34,105 nucleotides of DNA from an uncultured Nitrososphaerota archaeon (GTDB lineage Archaea; Asgardarchaeota; Njordarchaeia; Njordarchaeales; Panguiarchaeaceae): contig CAZWPQ010000024.1 in the NCBI GenBank assembly GCA_964636085.1, positions 1 to 34,105 of the forward strand, read 5' to 3'. The translations under genes and the position numbers were made by a program. Below the pieces are notes generated by a model. It had not been told where the DNA came from. It searched no databases and was given only the letters and a program-made list of their open reading frames with translations. Shown here in pieces: positions 8,445 through 16,962 of the stretch. The stretch's first letter is position 1. Each line of letters starts with the position of its first letter.

Positions 8445-8852
8445 GTGTTCGATATGAAAAACATAGTAAGACTTTATGAAACATGCTATCCTGGCAAGAT
8501 AGTTGGGAAACCAGTGGTGGCAAAGAACTCTAAGTGCTTGGGTGTCTGTGTAGGAGTCATGTTGGATCTAGATAAGAAAGATTTTTTTATATTGGTATCT
8601 AGTAAGAATCATTTATTAAAAGTCTGTCTAGATAGGGTTATTAGGATTACCAACAATGCTATCGAAATTAATGATGTCCCACCAGTCAATGATATTTCCC
8701 ACGATGATATTCGCTCTGAACTTTTAGAATTGCAAGAAGAATTAAAATTGATAGGTACGCTGTTATACATAACATCAAATAACTATGCCCCCAGCAAGAA
8801 AAATGAGCAAAACAAACAGCTAAACATTGCGAAATTATTCCACCTCATCTAA
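8445..8852 (+). CDS. PRC-barrel domain protein with a C-terminal helix
   Basis: IVGKPVVAKNSKCLGVCVGVMLD...VCLDRVIRITNNAIEI fits the PRC-barrel pattern. Confidence 0.65.
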   Translation: MFDMKNIVRLYETCYPGKIVGKPVVAKNSKCLGVCVGVMLDLDKKDFFILVSSKNHLLKVCLDRVIRITNNAIEINDVPPVNDISHDDIRSELLELQEELKLIGTLLYITSNNYAPSKKNEQNKQLNIAKLFHLI

Positions 8853-9016
8853 TTTCCCATCCACAATATTCTTTGAAGAACCATCAACTAGGGGCGAACC
8901 CATTGCGCTCTTTTCTCATTAATTACTCTAGTTTTTATAAATTATGGTTTTATAAGCCCCCAATTATTATCCACTTATCGAATCATAAAAATCCGCTTAG
9001 GTTAATATAGGAGCAG

Positions 9017-10624
9017 ATGACTATGCAGACAGATAGAAAAAAATATGTGATTGATTTAAGTTTGATAGTGTCGGGTGGTTTAACAGACCCTCGAATTGAA
9101 GAACTAACAGACAATGGAATATTCTACGTCCACTCCTTAATAATCCGGAAGCTTAAGAAAATGGCCGAAGAAGGTCTTGATGAAGGACGCATAGGAATTG
9201 AGCTCCTAGAGAAATTTGGTAAAAAAGCACGACTAGAATTCGAATTTTCGGATATTTCGGATAGGGTATCTATTGATGAGGCGCTCATCGAACTCGCAAT
9301 GCGCCTAAATGCAACCTTATTAACAAGCGACGTAAACACATATAAACTGAGTAGAAGTTTTGGAGTTGAGGCTATCCTTATATTAAAAGAGGTTGATCTA
9401 AAATCACTACAAATTTATAGGTTCTTTGACCAAGAAACACTTTCCGTACACCTAAAAGAGAATTGTATTCCGATCAGAAAAAAAGGCATTCCAGGCAATT
9501 GGATCTTCGAGAGAATCGGAGATAAACCCATAAGCCGCGATGTTTTGAGAGATATAATCCGGGAGATAATTGAGGTCTCTAAAGCCGATCCAGAGGGATT
9601 CATAGAAATCGAGCGTCCAGGTAGCACCATCATACAACTTAGAGACATGCGTATCGTTATTACTAGACCACCCTTTTCCGACGGGCTAGAGATTACCGCA
9701 GTGCGACCCATAAAAAAATTAGCATTGAGAGATTATAATCTTCCCAACAAACTTCTCAAACGTTTGGAACTAAAAGCAGAGGGAATCCTAATATCTGGGT
9801 CGCCTGGGGCAGGAAAGACAACATTTGCACAAGCACTCGCAGAATTTTATAGAAATAAAGGAAAAATCGTAAAGACTATTGAGGCTCCCCGCGATATGCA
9901 ACTCAGTGAAGAAATAACTCAGTATTCAAAGAGTTATGGTACCCCCGAGGAACTACACGATATCCTTTTGTTGTCGAGACCAGACTATTGCATCTTTGAC
10001 GAAATTCGCAACATAGAGGATATAGCACTCTTTGCAGATCTCAGATTAGCTGGAATCGGTATGGTCGGTGTAATCCATTCAACAACAGCCATCGACGCTA
10101 TTCAGAGGTTTGTTGGAAAAATAGAGCTGGGCATTATACCAAGCATCATTGATACAGTCATACATATGAAACATGGCGCCATTGAAAAAGTACTTGCCTT
10201 AAGAACAACTGTAAAAGTACCCTATGGACTACGGTCGGAGGATCTAGCTAGGCCCGTAGTCATAGTATATGATTTCCTAAATGGAAAACCATACTTTGAG
10301 ATATATACATTCGGCGAAAGAACATTTGTCGTTCCAGTATCAAGAGAGGCCTCTAAAGAAATCTATGGTACAGAAACTACGGAAGAATTGCCCAGAGAAA
10401 GCATCGTCTATACACTCAAAGTAAGCAGAAGAGCATTTATTTTCGATTTCGGCAGAGACTATGCATCACGCCACGTTGTTGGCTATGCGGGTCAAACAAT
10501 TATTACAAGAGGATTAACATCAAGAAGTGGTAAATTAAGAATATCGAGAAGATCTAGGTCTGGTAAGCTTATTGAAAGCGCACTAGAAAGAGGCGAAGAG
10601 TTAAGATTTTACGTTGAAGAGTAA
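9017..10624 (+). CDS. PIN-domain PilT-like ATPase (PINA, COG1855)
   Basis: N-terminal PIN (VIDLS, LLTSD), RPPFSDGLEITAVRP, Walker A GSPGAGKT, Walker B IFDE, AIDAIQRF. Confidence 0.92.
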   Translation: MTMQTDRKKYVIDLSLIVSGGLTDPRIEELTDNGIFYVHSLIIRKLKKMAEEGLDEGRIGIELLEKFGKKARLEFEFSDISDRVSIDEALIELAMRLNATLLTSDVNTYKLSRSFGVEAILILKEVDLKSLQIYRFFDQETLSVHLKENCIPIRKKGIPGNWIFERIGDKPISRDVLRDIIREIIEVSKADPEGFIEIERPGSTIIQLRDMRIVITRPPFSDGLEITAVRPIKKLALRDYNLPNKLLKRLELKAEGILISGSPGAGKTTFAQALAEFYRNKGKIVKTIEAPRDMQLSEEITQYSKSYGTPEELHDILLLSRPDYCIFDEIRNIEDIALFADLRLAGIGMVGVIHSTTAIDAIQRFVGKIELGIIPSIIDTVIHMKHGAIEKVLALRTTVKVPYGLRSEDLARPVVIVYDFLNGKPYFEIYTFGERTFVVPVSREASKEIYGTETTEELPRESIVYTLKVSRRAFIFDFGRDYASRHVVGYAGQTIITRGLTSRSGKLRISRRSRSGKLIESALERGEELRFYVEE

Positions 10625-10627
10625 TAA

Positions 10628-10712
10628 AGCCCGGGGCGGGATTTGAACCCGCGACCTCGGGATTACAAATCCCGCGCTTTTGCTATAATTCTAGCCGCTG
10701 AGCTACCCGGGC
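10628..10712 (-). tRNA. tRNA-Thr(TGT) with a 12-nt intron in the D-arm (22/23; 10679-10690)
   Basis: GCCCGGG/CCCGGGC with U73; anticodon arm CGGGA-TTTGTAA-TCCCG; removing AATTATAGCAAA restores GCTC-AGCGGCTA-GAGC. Confidence 0.88.
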
Positions 10713-10740
10713 GTGTCAATAATATTTTCTCAGTAGGAAA

Positions 10741-10816
10741 TGGTGGCCCCGGCCGGGATCGAACCGGCGACCTTTCGGTTATCAGCCGAACGCGCTAACC
10801 ACTACGCTACGGGGCC
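10741..10816 (-). tRNA. tRNA-Ile(GAT), CCA encoded
   Basis: GGCCCCG/CGGGGCC-A-CCA; anticodon arm TTCGG-CTGATAA-CCGAA. Confidence 0.96.
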
Positions 10817-10904
10817 TTGAGATAGTCTAATTTTTATATAGTTACCTAAAGATTATTATCTCAAAAACAGTTTAAAAATTTATCGCGATCTTGCAAGGGT
10901 ATTA

Positions 10905-10970
10905 GGCCTCAGTTACTGTAATCTTTGGGATAATCAACCCACAGCAAGTATTAGTTACTATCATCTGGAC
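10905..10970 (-). ncRNA. Candidate box C/D guide sRNA within the tRNA cluster
   Basis: Minus strand reads ATGATAG (C-like), 13 nt, CTGT (D'-like), GGG, TTGATTA (C'-like), 18 nt, CTGA (D); 56 nt from C to D. Confidence 0.5.
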
Positions 10971-10989
10971 TAGTCTTACGGCTCGATAG

Positions 10990-11075
10990 TGGAGGGGGCG
11001 GGACTCGAACCCGCGGCCTCTGCCTTTCTTTGAATTAGATGCAAGGGCAGCGAGCTACCACTACTCTACCCCTCC
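10990..11075 (-). tRNA. tRNA-Ala(TGC) with a 14-nt intron at 37/38 (11026-11039) and atypical A3:U70
   Basis: GGAGGGG/CCCCTCC-A; CTGCC-CT-TGC-A|intron|A-GGCAG; variable loop AGGCC as in archaeal tRNA-Ala. Confidence 0.88.
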
Positions 11076-11088
11076 AGGGGGTATATCA

Positions 11089-11161
11089 TGGGCCGGGCGG
11101 GATTTGAACCCGCGACCTTCAGGTTAAAAGCCTGACGCTCTTCCAGCTGAGCTACCGGCCC
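11089..11161 (-). tRNA. tRNA-Lys(TTT)
   Basis: GGGCCGG/CCGGCCC-A; TCAGG-CTTTTAA-CCTGA; ends 13 nt upstream of tRNA-Ala. Confidence 0.96.
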
Positions 11162-11288
11162 TTCGGTGATTACTAATAGATATATCACAGTTATTCTATT
11201 ATGATTATGTTTTTAAAGGTTTTTATATCTTTTCAATAGTCCATAGTAGCTACAGAAATATTACTAGTAAGCTTGCTCGGGATGAAGT

Positions 11289-11726
11289 ATGAGTACAAAA
11301 AAATCTGGAAAGGAGATAAGGAAAACTACTCAAAGGGATCCATTAAAGATAGGAATAGCATACCTCTTCTGCCATAAGAATAACACCCTACTTACTATCA
11401 CCGATGCTACAGGTGCTGTCACCGTTGCACGTGCTGTTGGCGGAATGTTTGCAGAAACATCAAGGGACGAATCCACTCCATGGGTCGCCATGCTGGTAGG
11501 TCGCCACGCAGCTAGCAGGGCACTGGAGACTGGAATATCTAAAGTGATGGTAAAGCTCCGCGGGAGAGGCGGTAACAGATCTCCCAACATTAACTCTGCA
11601 TCAGCTGCCGCCGCAATAAAGGCAATTGCGAGATCAGGCCTCCAAATAATGAGCATCGATGATGTTACACCAATTCCACATGATTCAATAAGAAGACCAG
11701 GTGGCAGAAGAGGTAGGAGGGTGTAG
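11289..11726 (+). CDS. rps11: 30S ribosomal protein uS11
   Basis: NNTLLTITDATG...DVTPIPHDSIRRPGGRRGRRV. Confidence 0.95.
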   Translation: MSTKKSGKEIRKTTQRDPLKIGIAYLFCHKNNTLLTITDATGAVTVARAVGGMFAETSRDESTPWVAMLVGRHAASRALETGISKVMVKLRGRGGNRSPNINSASAAAAIKAIARSGLQIMSIDDVTPIPHDSIRRPGGRRGRRV

Positions 11727-11791
11727 ATTGTTTTTAGTATTATGTATTATTCCACTCTATAATTTATGCCTATTTCATGAGGTAGTACGGT

Positions 11792-12550
11792 ATGTCGGGA
11801 ACATCAAAGATTAGAATTCGTGCAACATCGACCAAGTCTAGAGTATTAAGGCAATTGATGCTTAAATTTCTGCTAAATGAGTGGCTTAGAGAGAAGCTAA
11901 AGAAAGAGTCACCAATAGCTGGCTTCATTTGTGCAGATATTCAAGCATCATCTCTAGGTTATAGGGTCATAATTACATGTAGAAATCCCCGAATACTAAT
12001 TGGGAGAAGAGGACATAGGAGAAGGAAATTAGAGGAGGAAATTAAAAAGGAGTTTAGAATCGATATATCTAAACTCGAAATTACTGATTTGAAAACGCCT
12101 GTAGAGCTTAATGCCCAATTAGTGGCGGAATCAATAGCAAGAGCTATTGAAAGGGGGGCCAATCCTAGAAGAGTTGCATACTATTACATCAGACAAGCAT
12201 TGGAAAAAGGCGCTGTAGGGGTAGAAATACGAATACGGGGTAGACTTCGACGGAAAAGATCTCAGAAACTTAGATTTGCAGATGGAAAAATTCTATATAC
12301 GGGTGAAATCTCTGAAAAATATGTCTCACAGGGGTATACCCGTTTCCAGCTACGAACTGGAACTGTTGGGGTCAAGGTGAGGATTGTCCTTCCAGAAGCC
12401 TTAGATCACTTGGTTGATAATGTCAATATTAAGGTGCCTGAAGAAGCGGAAGCGGATATTAGAGCCCTTGAGAGCGAAATTGAGACAGAGTACGCCCATA
12501 TTTTGGATAAAATTGGGGAGAAAAAGTTAGAGGAGGCGATGCCGGAGTGA
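11792..12550 (+). CDS. rps3: 30S ribosomal protein uS3
   Basis: KH domain (LIGRRG), ELNAQLVAESIA, GAVGVEIRIRG, GTVGVKVRI. Confidence 0.93.
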   Translation: MSGTSKIRIRATSTKSRVLRQLMLKFLLNEWLREKLKKESPIAGFICADIQASSLGYRVIITCRNPRILIGRRGHRRRKLEEEIKKEFRIDISKLEITDLKTPVELNAQLVAESIARAIERGANPRRVAYYYIRQALEKGAVGVEIRIRGRLRRKRSQKLRFADGKILYTGEISEKYVSQGYTRFQLRTGTVGVKVRIVLPEALDHLVDNVNIKVPEEAEADIRALESEIETEYAHILDKIGEKKLEEAMPE

Positions 12551-12738
12551 GAATACAAGAAATTAGAAAAATGTCTCCAGAGGAACGAGCTAAAAAATTA
12601 AGGGCCCTCAAAATTAAGCTAATTACCCTTAGAACGAGACTAAAGCGAGGTGGCATAACTAACACATCAGGAATTAGAAATGTTAAGAGAGATATCGCCA
12701 GAATACTCACCGTCATGCGCGAGTTGGGTGAAATCTAA
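12547..12738 (+). CDS. rpl29: 50S ribosomal protein uL29
   Basis: EIRKMSPEE...IRNVKRDIARILTV; GTG start overlaps the uS3 stop. Confidence 0.95.
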   Translation: MRIQEIRKMSPEERAKKLRALKIKLITLRTRLKRGGITNTSGIRNVKRDIARILTVMRELGEI

Positions 12739-13010
12739 TAGTCAAGAAATACCCAACCTATGCATTTAAACCTTTTATAGGCGCCACACTTACAGTTCTT
12801 TTATCTAAGAATCATACATTGGAAGGCAAAACAGGAAGGATTGTTTCTGAATCTAGGAATATGTTCTATATAAAAACTCAAAATTCGCTCAAAGGAATTC
12901 CAAAAAAAGGATCTATTTTCCTTATCGAGCTGAATGGTGAACACATAATAGCTTGCGGAGACTTCTTGGCAAGTAGATTTATTCGTCTCCGAAAGATTGC
13001 CAGGAAATAA
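12738..13010 (+). CDS. rnp1: RNase P protein component 1 (Rpp29/POP4), probable ATA start
   Basis: FIGATLTVLLSKNHTLEGKTGRIVSESRNMFYI...IPKKGSIF...GDFLASR matches Rpp29; conserved position after uL29; the frame is open upstream of the TTG at 12819. Confidence 0.8.
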   Translation: MVKKYPTYAFKPFIGATLTVLLSKNHTLEGKTGRIVSESRNMFYIKTQNSLKGIPKKGSIFLIELNGEHIIACGDFLASRFIRLRKIARK

Positions 13011-13077
13011 GAAAGGAAAATTAAAAATAGGAGAATTATAAATATTCATTAGTTATCAACTCCCGAATGTGTTCTCC

Positions 13078-14286
13078 ATGATACGATGTGGCCTTTTGGG
13101 GAAGCCAAACAGTGGGAAATCGACTTTTTTTGTGGCTGCAACAGGGAAAGAAGTTAAAATTGCTAATTATCCATTTACAACAATTGATCCTAATGTTGGA
13201 ATAGGCTATGTGACGCTTAGATGTGTATGCAAGGAATTTGGCGTCAATGATAACCCTAGGAACTCCATATGCATAGATGGTATAAGATACGCACCTATAG
13301 AAATCTGGGATGTTGCTGGACTAGTACCCGGGGCATGGCAAGGACGAGGTTTAGGAAATAAATTTCTAGATGATCTAAGACAAGCCGACATTTTAATTCA
13401 TGTAGTCGATGCATCCGGTAGATATGACGCCGAGGGGAAGGATTTGGGCCGCCCTGGAATGTGGGATCCTCTTCAAGACATAGCCTTTCTGGAGGAAGAA
13501 ATTCATCGATGGTTTTGGCAAATACTCAAGAGAAATTGGCCGAAATTCGCTAGGAAGGTCGAGGTAGAAAAGAAAGATTTCTCATCAAGCCTAGCAGATT
13601 TGCTATCGGGTTTAAAGATAAACAAGGATCATATCATGGCTGCTATTGATGTGACTGAATTAGATCCAGAAAAACCAACTAGTTGGTCTGAGGAGGATTT
13701 ATATGCATTCGCCGTGGCCCTTAGAAAAATATCTAAGCCCATCGTTATTGTTGCCAATAAAATTGATGTCCCGGGCGCAGAGGATAATTATAAAAGGATG
13801 TTAGATTCAGGATTCGATGTCATCCCAGCCTCGGCACTTGCTGAATTGGCGCTCATACGGTATGCTGAGAAGGGAATTATCAAATATGTAAGAGGAAGCT
13901 CAAACTTCGAAATCATCAATAATAATGCATTAAGCCAACGCGAGAGAATCCTATTGGAAAAAATACGAGATCTCATGAACAAATGGGGGTCTACTGGTGT
14001 CCAAAAAGCAATAAACCATGCAATATTTAACGTGAGTAAGATGATAGCCGTATTCCCTGTTGAGGATGAAAATAAATTAACTGATCACAAGGGTAACGTT
14101 CTTCCAGATGTTTTTTTGGTTCCAGAAGGAACCACCGCTAAAGAGTTCGCTGGGCTAATACATAGTGACTTAGCTAGAACATTTATTTATGCCTTGGATA
14201 TAAGAACCAAGAAGAAACTTCCATCCGACTACATACTCAAACATCGAGACGTTATAAAGATATTTGCCGCTGCAAGAAAAAAATAG
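13078..14286 (+). CDS. ychF: YchF/Obg-family ATPase/GTPase with TGS domain
   Basis: GKPNSGKST, NYPFTTIDPN, DVAGLVPGA, GLGNKFLDDLRQAD, NKID, IHSDL. Confidence 0.93.
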   Translation: MIRCGLLGKPNSGKSTFFVAATGKEVKIANYPFTTIDPNVGIGYVTLRCVCKEFGVNDNPRNSICIDGIRYAPIEIWDVAGLVPGAWQGRGLGNKFLDDLRQADILIHVVDASGRYDAEGKDLGRPGMWDPLQDIAFLEEEIHRWFWQILKRNWPKFARKVEVEKKDFSSSLADLLSGLKINKDHIMAAIDVTELDPEKPTSWSEEDLYAFAVALRKISKPIVIVANKIDVPGAEDNYKRMLDSGFDVIPASALAELALIRYAEKGIIKYVRGSSNFEIINNNALSQRERILLEKIRDLMNKWGSTGVQKAINHAIFNVSKMIAVFPVEDENKLTDHKGNVLPDVFLVPEGTTAKEFAGLIHSDLARTFIYALDIRTKKKLPSDYILKHRDVIKIFAAARKK

Positions 14287-14289
14287 CAC

Positions 14290-15435
14290 TCACAGAGTTT
14301 CGGGGGCCATAGCTAGCAAAAACATGTTTCCTACATGAACCTTATTTAGATATTTTTTGGCGATCCTCTCACATTCATACACTATCTTCTTGGGAGTTAT
14401 TGGAAGATCTCTCATCATCCAATCTGGGTGGAATATCAGCAGGGAATATGGGATATCGGGATTTAAATCTGCAATAAATCGCACGATTTCTTCAACATCC
14501 TCCGGCATTATGTATCCTGGAACCAATAATGTTGTAGCGGTTATTATTGGAATTTTAGCTTCATGCCAAAACTCATGATACAACATCTCAAAATTCTTAT
14601 ATACTTGCTCGTTGGGAACACCCGATAAAGCCATTGATAATTTGGATCCCATGGGTGCCTTGAGATCAAACTTTATAATCCCACCTGTTTGAAGCGCTTG
14701 TTCACCAGCCTTTTTGACCAAAGACGCATTACCAGCACCATTCCACTCATAGCAAATTCTTACTACCCGCTTGCCTTTATTTTCTATGATTTCCTTATTT
14801 GCCAATATCGTAAACGGTAGGTGGGGCTCGGGGCTACCGCCAAAATAGCATATACATGTTATCTTGTCATTTTTCAGTACATAATTTACAAATTCCTCTC
14901 TCGATACTATTTTACCTGTTCTAACATTCTTATGCTCGGAGTTCTGGCAAAATAGACAATTAAAGTTACAACCATAGAAAAATACTGCTAGGTTATAATA
15001 CCCTCGCTCGGGACCAAGACGTACGGCATATTCTGGATACCCTAAACCAGTGCCAGCTGGACAAAACCAACTCGCACAACAATTGGTTACGTGTGGGTCT
15101 AGATATGGATGCATTACTGCATATTCATATGTCGCAAGAGAATACATTTTTCCATTCTTAACCCATCTTAAACCACAGAAACTTATCTCTCCATCACTCA
15201 TGGAACACATATTCGAGCAGAGATTACATAGTATCCCTCCTCCTCTAGGAGGGGGGAATGGAAGCCCATACAATTCCCTAGATCTTGCGTGGGCATCGAA
15301 TATATATTTCCTTGATTCGTCAAATCTATTTATTATGCATTCCCTACAGACACCCAAAACATCGGATATGATCTTTTTCTCGCCACATACCAAACATGTC
15401 TTCTTCTGTTCCTTATTGCTAGATGATCTAAACAT
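14290..15435 (-). CDS. Radical SAM protein (PFL-activase-like) with N-terminal Cys clusters
   Basis: GCNFNCLFCQN CxxxCxxC, YFGGSPEP, KFDLK. Confidence 0.88.
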   Translation of the reverse strand: MFRSSSNKEQKKTCLVCGEKKIISDVLGVCRECIINRFDESRKYIFDAHARSRELYGLPFPPPRGGGILCNLCSNMCSMSDGEISFCGLRWVKNGKMYSLATYEYAVMHPYLDPHVTNCCASWFCPAGTGLGYPEYAVRLGPERGYYNLAVFFYGCNFNCLFCQNSEHKNVRTGKIVSREEFVNYVLKNDKITCICYFGGSPEPHLPFTILANKEIIENKGKRVVRICYEWNGAGNASLVKKAGEQALQTGGIIKFDLKAPMGSKLSMALSGVPNEQVYKNFEMLYHEFWHEAKIPIITATTLLVPGYIMPEDVEEIVRFIADLNPDIPYSLLIFHPDWMMRDLPITPKKIVYECERIAKKYLNKVHVGNMFLLAMAPETL

Positions 15436-15489
15436 TGATATCCCTAATAGGATATGTAGATTGATGAGATATAAATAGCCGCGCAGATT

Positions 15490-16941
15490 TTATGTTTCCC
15501 CTTCATCTAATACCTTAGCCAGCAAGTTATGTATATCCCCTCTCCTTATGGCCTTATACGCACTTTTCTCGCAATGATTTTGCTTTATGAAGCTAATGAT
15601 ATCCTGCTCTGACTCTAAGACTTCAAAACTCAAAAATGATGGTCTTGTTTTCACGGATGAAATGAATTCCTTTACATGCTCCACTATCGAGACCTTACCG
15701 TACTGGACTAGTACACACAGCCTATTATTCTCTATCCATGGGCCAGATATTATGTTGTTCTTGTGTTTGTTATAAAATCTAAAAATATGGTCTATTCCCG
15801 CATCTATGGGTGGACCCACTAGCTTTACTACAGAAGGATGCTTTTTATAACATGTTTCCAATAGCATTACTATATACTTATCCGTTTCAAACGCATCAAT
15901 AGAGATCACACGAAATATGCTTCTGGAAAATTCATCATAAACCTTTTTCATTATCCTAAGGGCTTGCCCCCAATACACATCCTGTGTCACATCTAGATCC
16001 TTCTCAAATACTATCAAAACCACATTTCTACCGCGTAGAATTTTTCTGATCTCGCCGAGACTAACATCGATATCCGTTGGATAGAAAAACTCAAATAGTG
16101 GTTTCTCTAGGAACAAGTTAGACATGAGCCTTATTTTATTCCAAACATCGAGCCTCAGGGCGCTTCCTACATTCCTATTTCTATCAGTTGGGTCTACCAG
16201 TATGAAATGATGCTGAAATTTCTTAAATGCATCCTTTTTTCTCCATGTTTTTGTAAGATCCACATAAATTCGCTTATTGTTGGCGAATTCCTCTATAGTT
16301 TTTATAAAGGAGCCGTAGTATATTATCAGGAGTTCGCATGCATATCCAGATAACCCCCCAATCTTTATTTCGGCCCCATATGCATCTATGCCTCTCAGAA
16401 AGGCTTTCAAAAGTCTAACCTCATTGGCTAGGGCGGGAGTAAGCTTCGAGATTACATACTTTGTATGATGCGGTGTCCTATCAAACGAAGAAATTATGTC
16501 CTGTGGAGGAGCTTTATAGGCAGGTGCAATATCAACCTCAAAGCCTTCAATGAGTCCCCGAAGATAAGGGTGCTCGGCATAGCGTAGTTCGAATTGATGG
16601 TCCAGACCGCTACGTATTGTATTTAGTATCTCCAGAAAAAATTCCTCTTTATTAACTCCAGGCCTATAATCAACAATAATAAATATGTCAAAATCGACAT
16701 TGTCTGGTAGCCATGTACCCTTCGCCACCGAGCCCTCAATTGTTACTTCTGCGTCTATACCAGATCTTTCAACTATATGGGTAATCTCCTGCTTTAGTCG
16801 TTTCGCAAATGATAGTACTCTTTCTTCTTCCTCCTTAGATGGTGTTATCCTCTGCAAAACCTTCTCTAAAATATCTACAATATCGCGCCTATTCTTTTCA
16901 AGAGCATATCTTATCGATGGTATTTCGCTACGAATCTGCAT
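15490..16941 (-). CDS. cca: Class I CCA-adding enzyme
   Basis: GSVAKGTWL..DFDIF, YAEHPY, DRTPHH, YGAEIKIGGLSGY. Confidence 0.95.
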   Translation of the reverse strand: MQIRSEIPSIRYALEKNRRDIVDILEKVLQRITPSKEEEERVLSFAKRLKQEITHIVERSGIDAEVTIEGSVAKGTWLPDNVDFDIFIIVDYRPGVNKEEFFLEILNTIRSGLDHQFELRYAEHPYLRGLIEGFEVDIAPAYKAPPQDIISSFDRTPHHTKYVISKLTPALANEVRLLKAFLRGIDAYGAEIKIGGLSGYACELLIIYYGSFIKTIEEFANNKRIYVDLTKTWRKKDAFKKFQHHFILVDPTDRNRNVGSALRLDVWNKIRLMSNLFLEKPLFEFFYPTDIDVSLGEIRKILRGRNVVLIVFEKDLDVTQDVYWGQALRIMKKVYDEFSRSIFRVISIDAFETDKYIVMLLETCYKKHPSVVKLVGPPIDAGIDHIFRFYNKHKNNIISGPWIENNRLCVLVQYGKVSIVEHVKEFISSVKTRPSFLSFEVLESEQDIISFIKQNHCEKSAYKAIRRGDIHNLLAKVLDEGET

Positions 16942-16962
16942 TACTTATAGTCCTTCTACAAG

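Noticed and set aside
10990-11075. Reassignment of the GCA codon, or reading this gene as tRNA-Cys or tRNA-Glu
   Set aside because: GCA encodes invariant Ala in the Rab G3 and G5 motifs; only the UGC register gives a 5-bp stem, 7-nt loop and BHB-compatible intron
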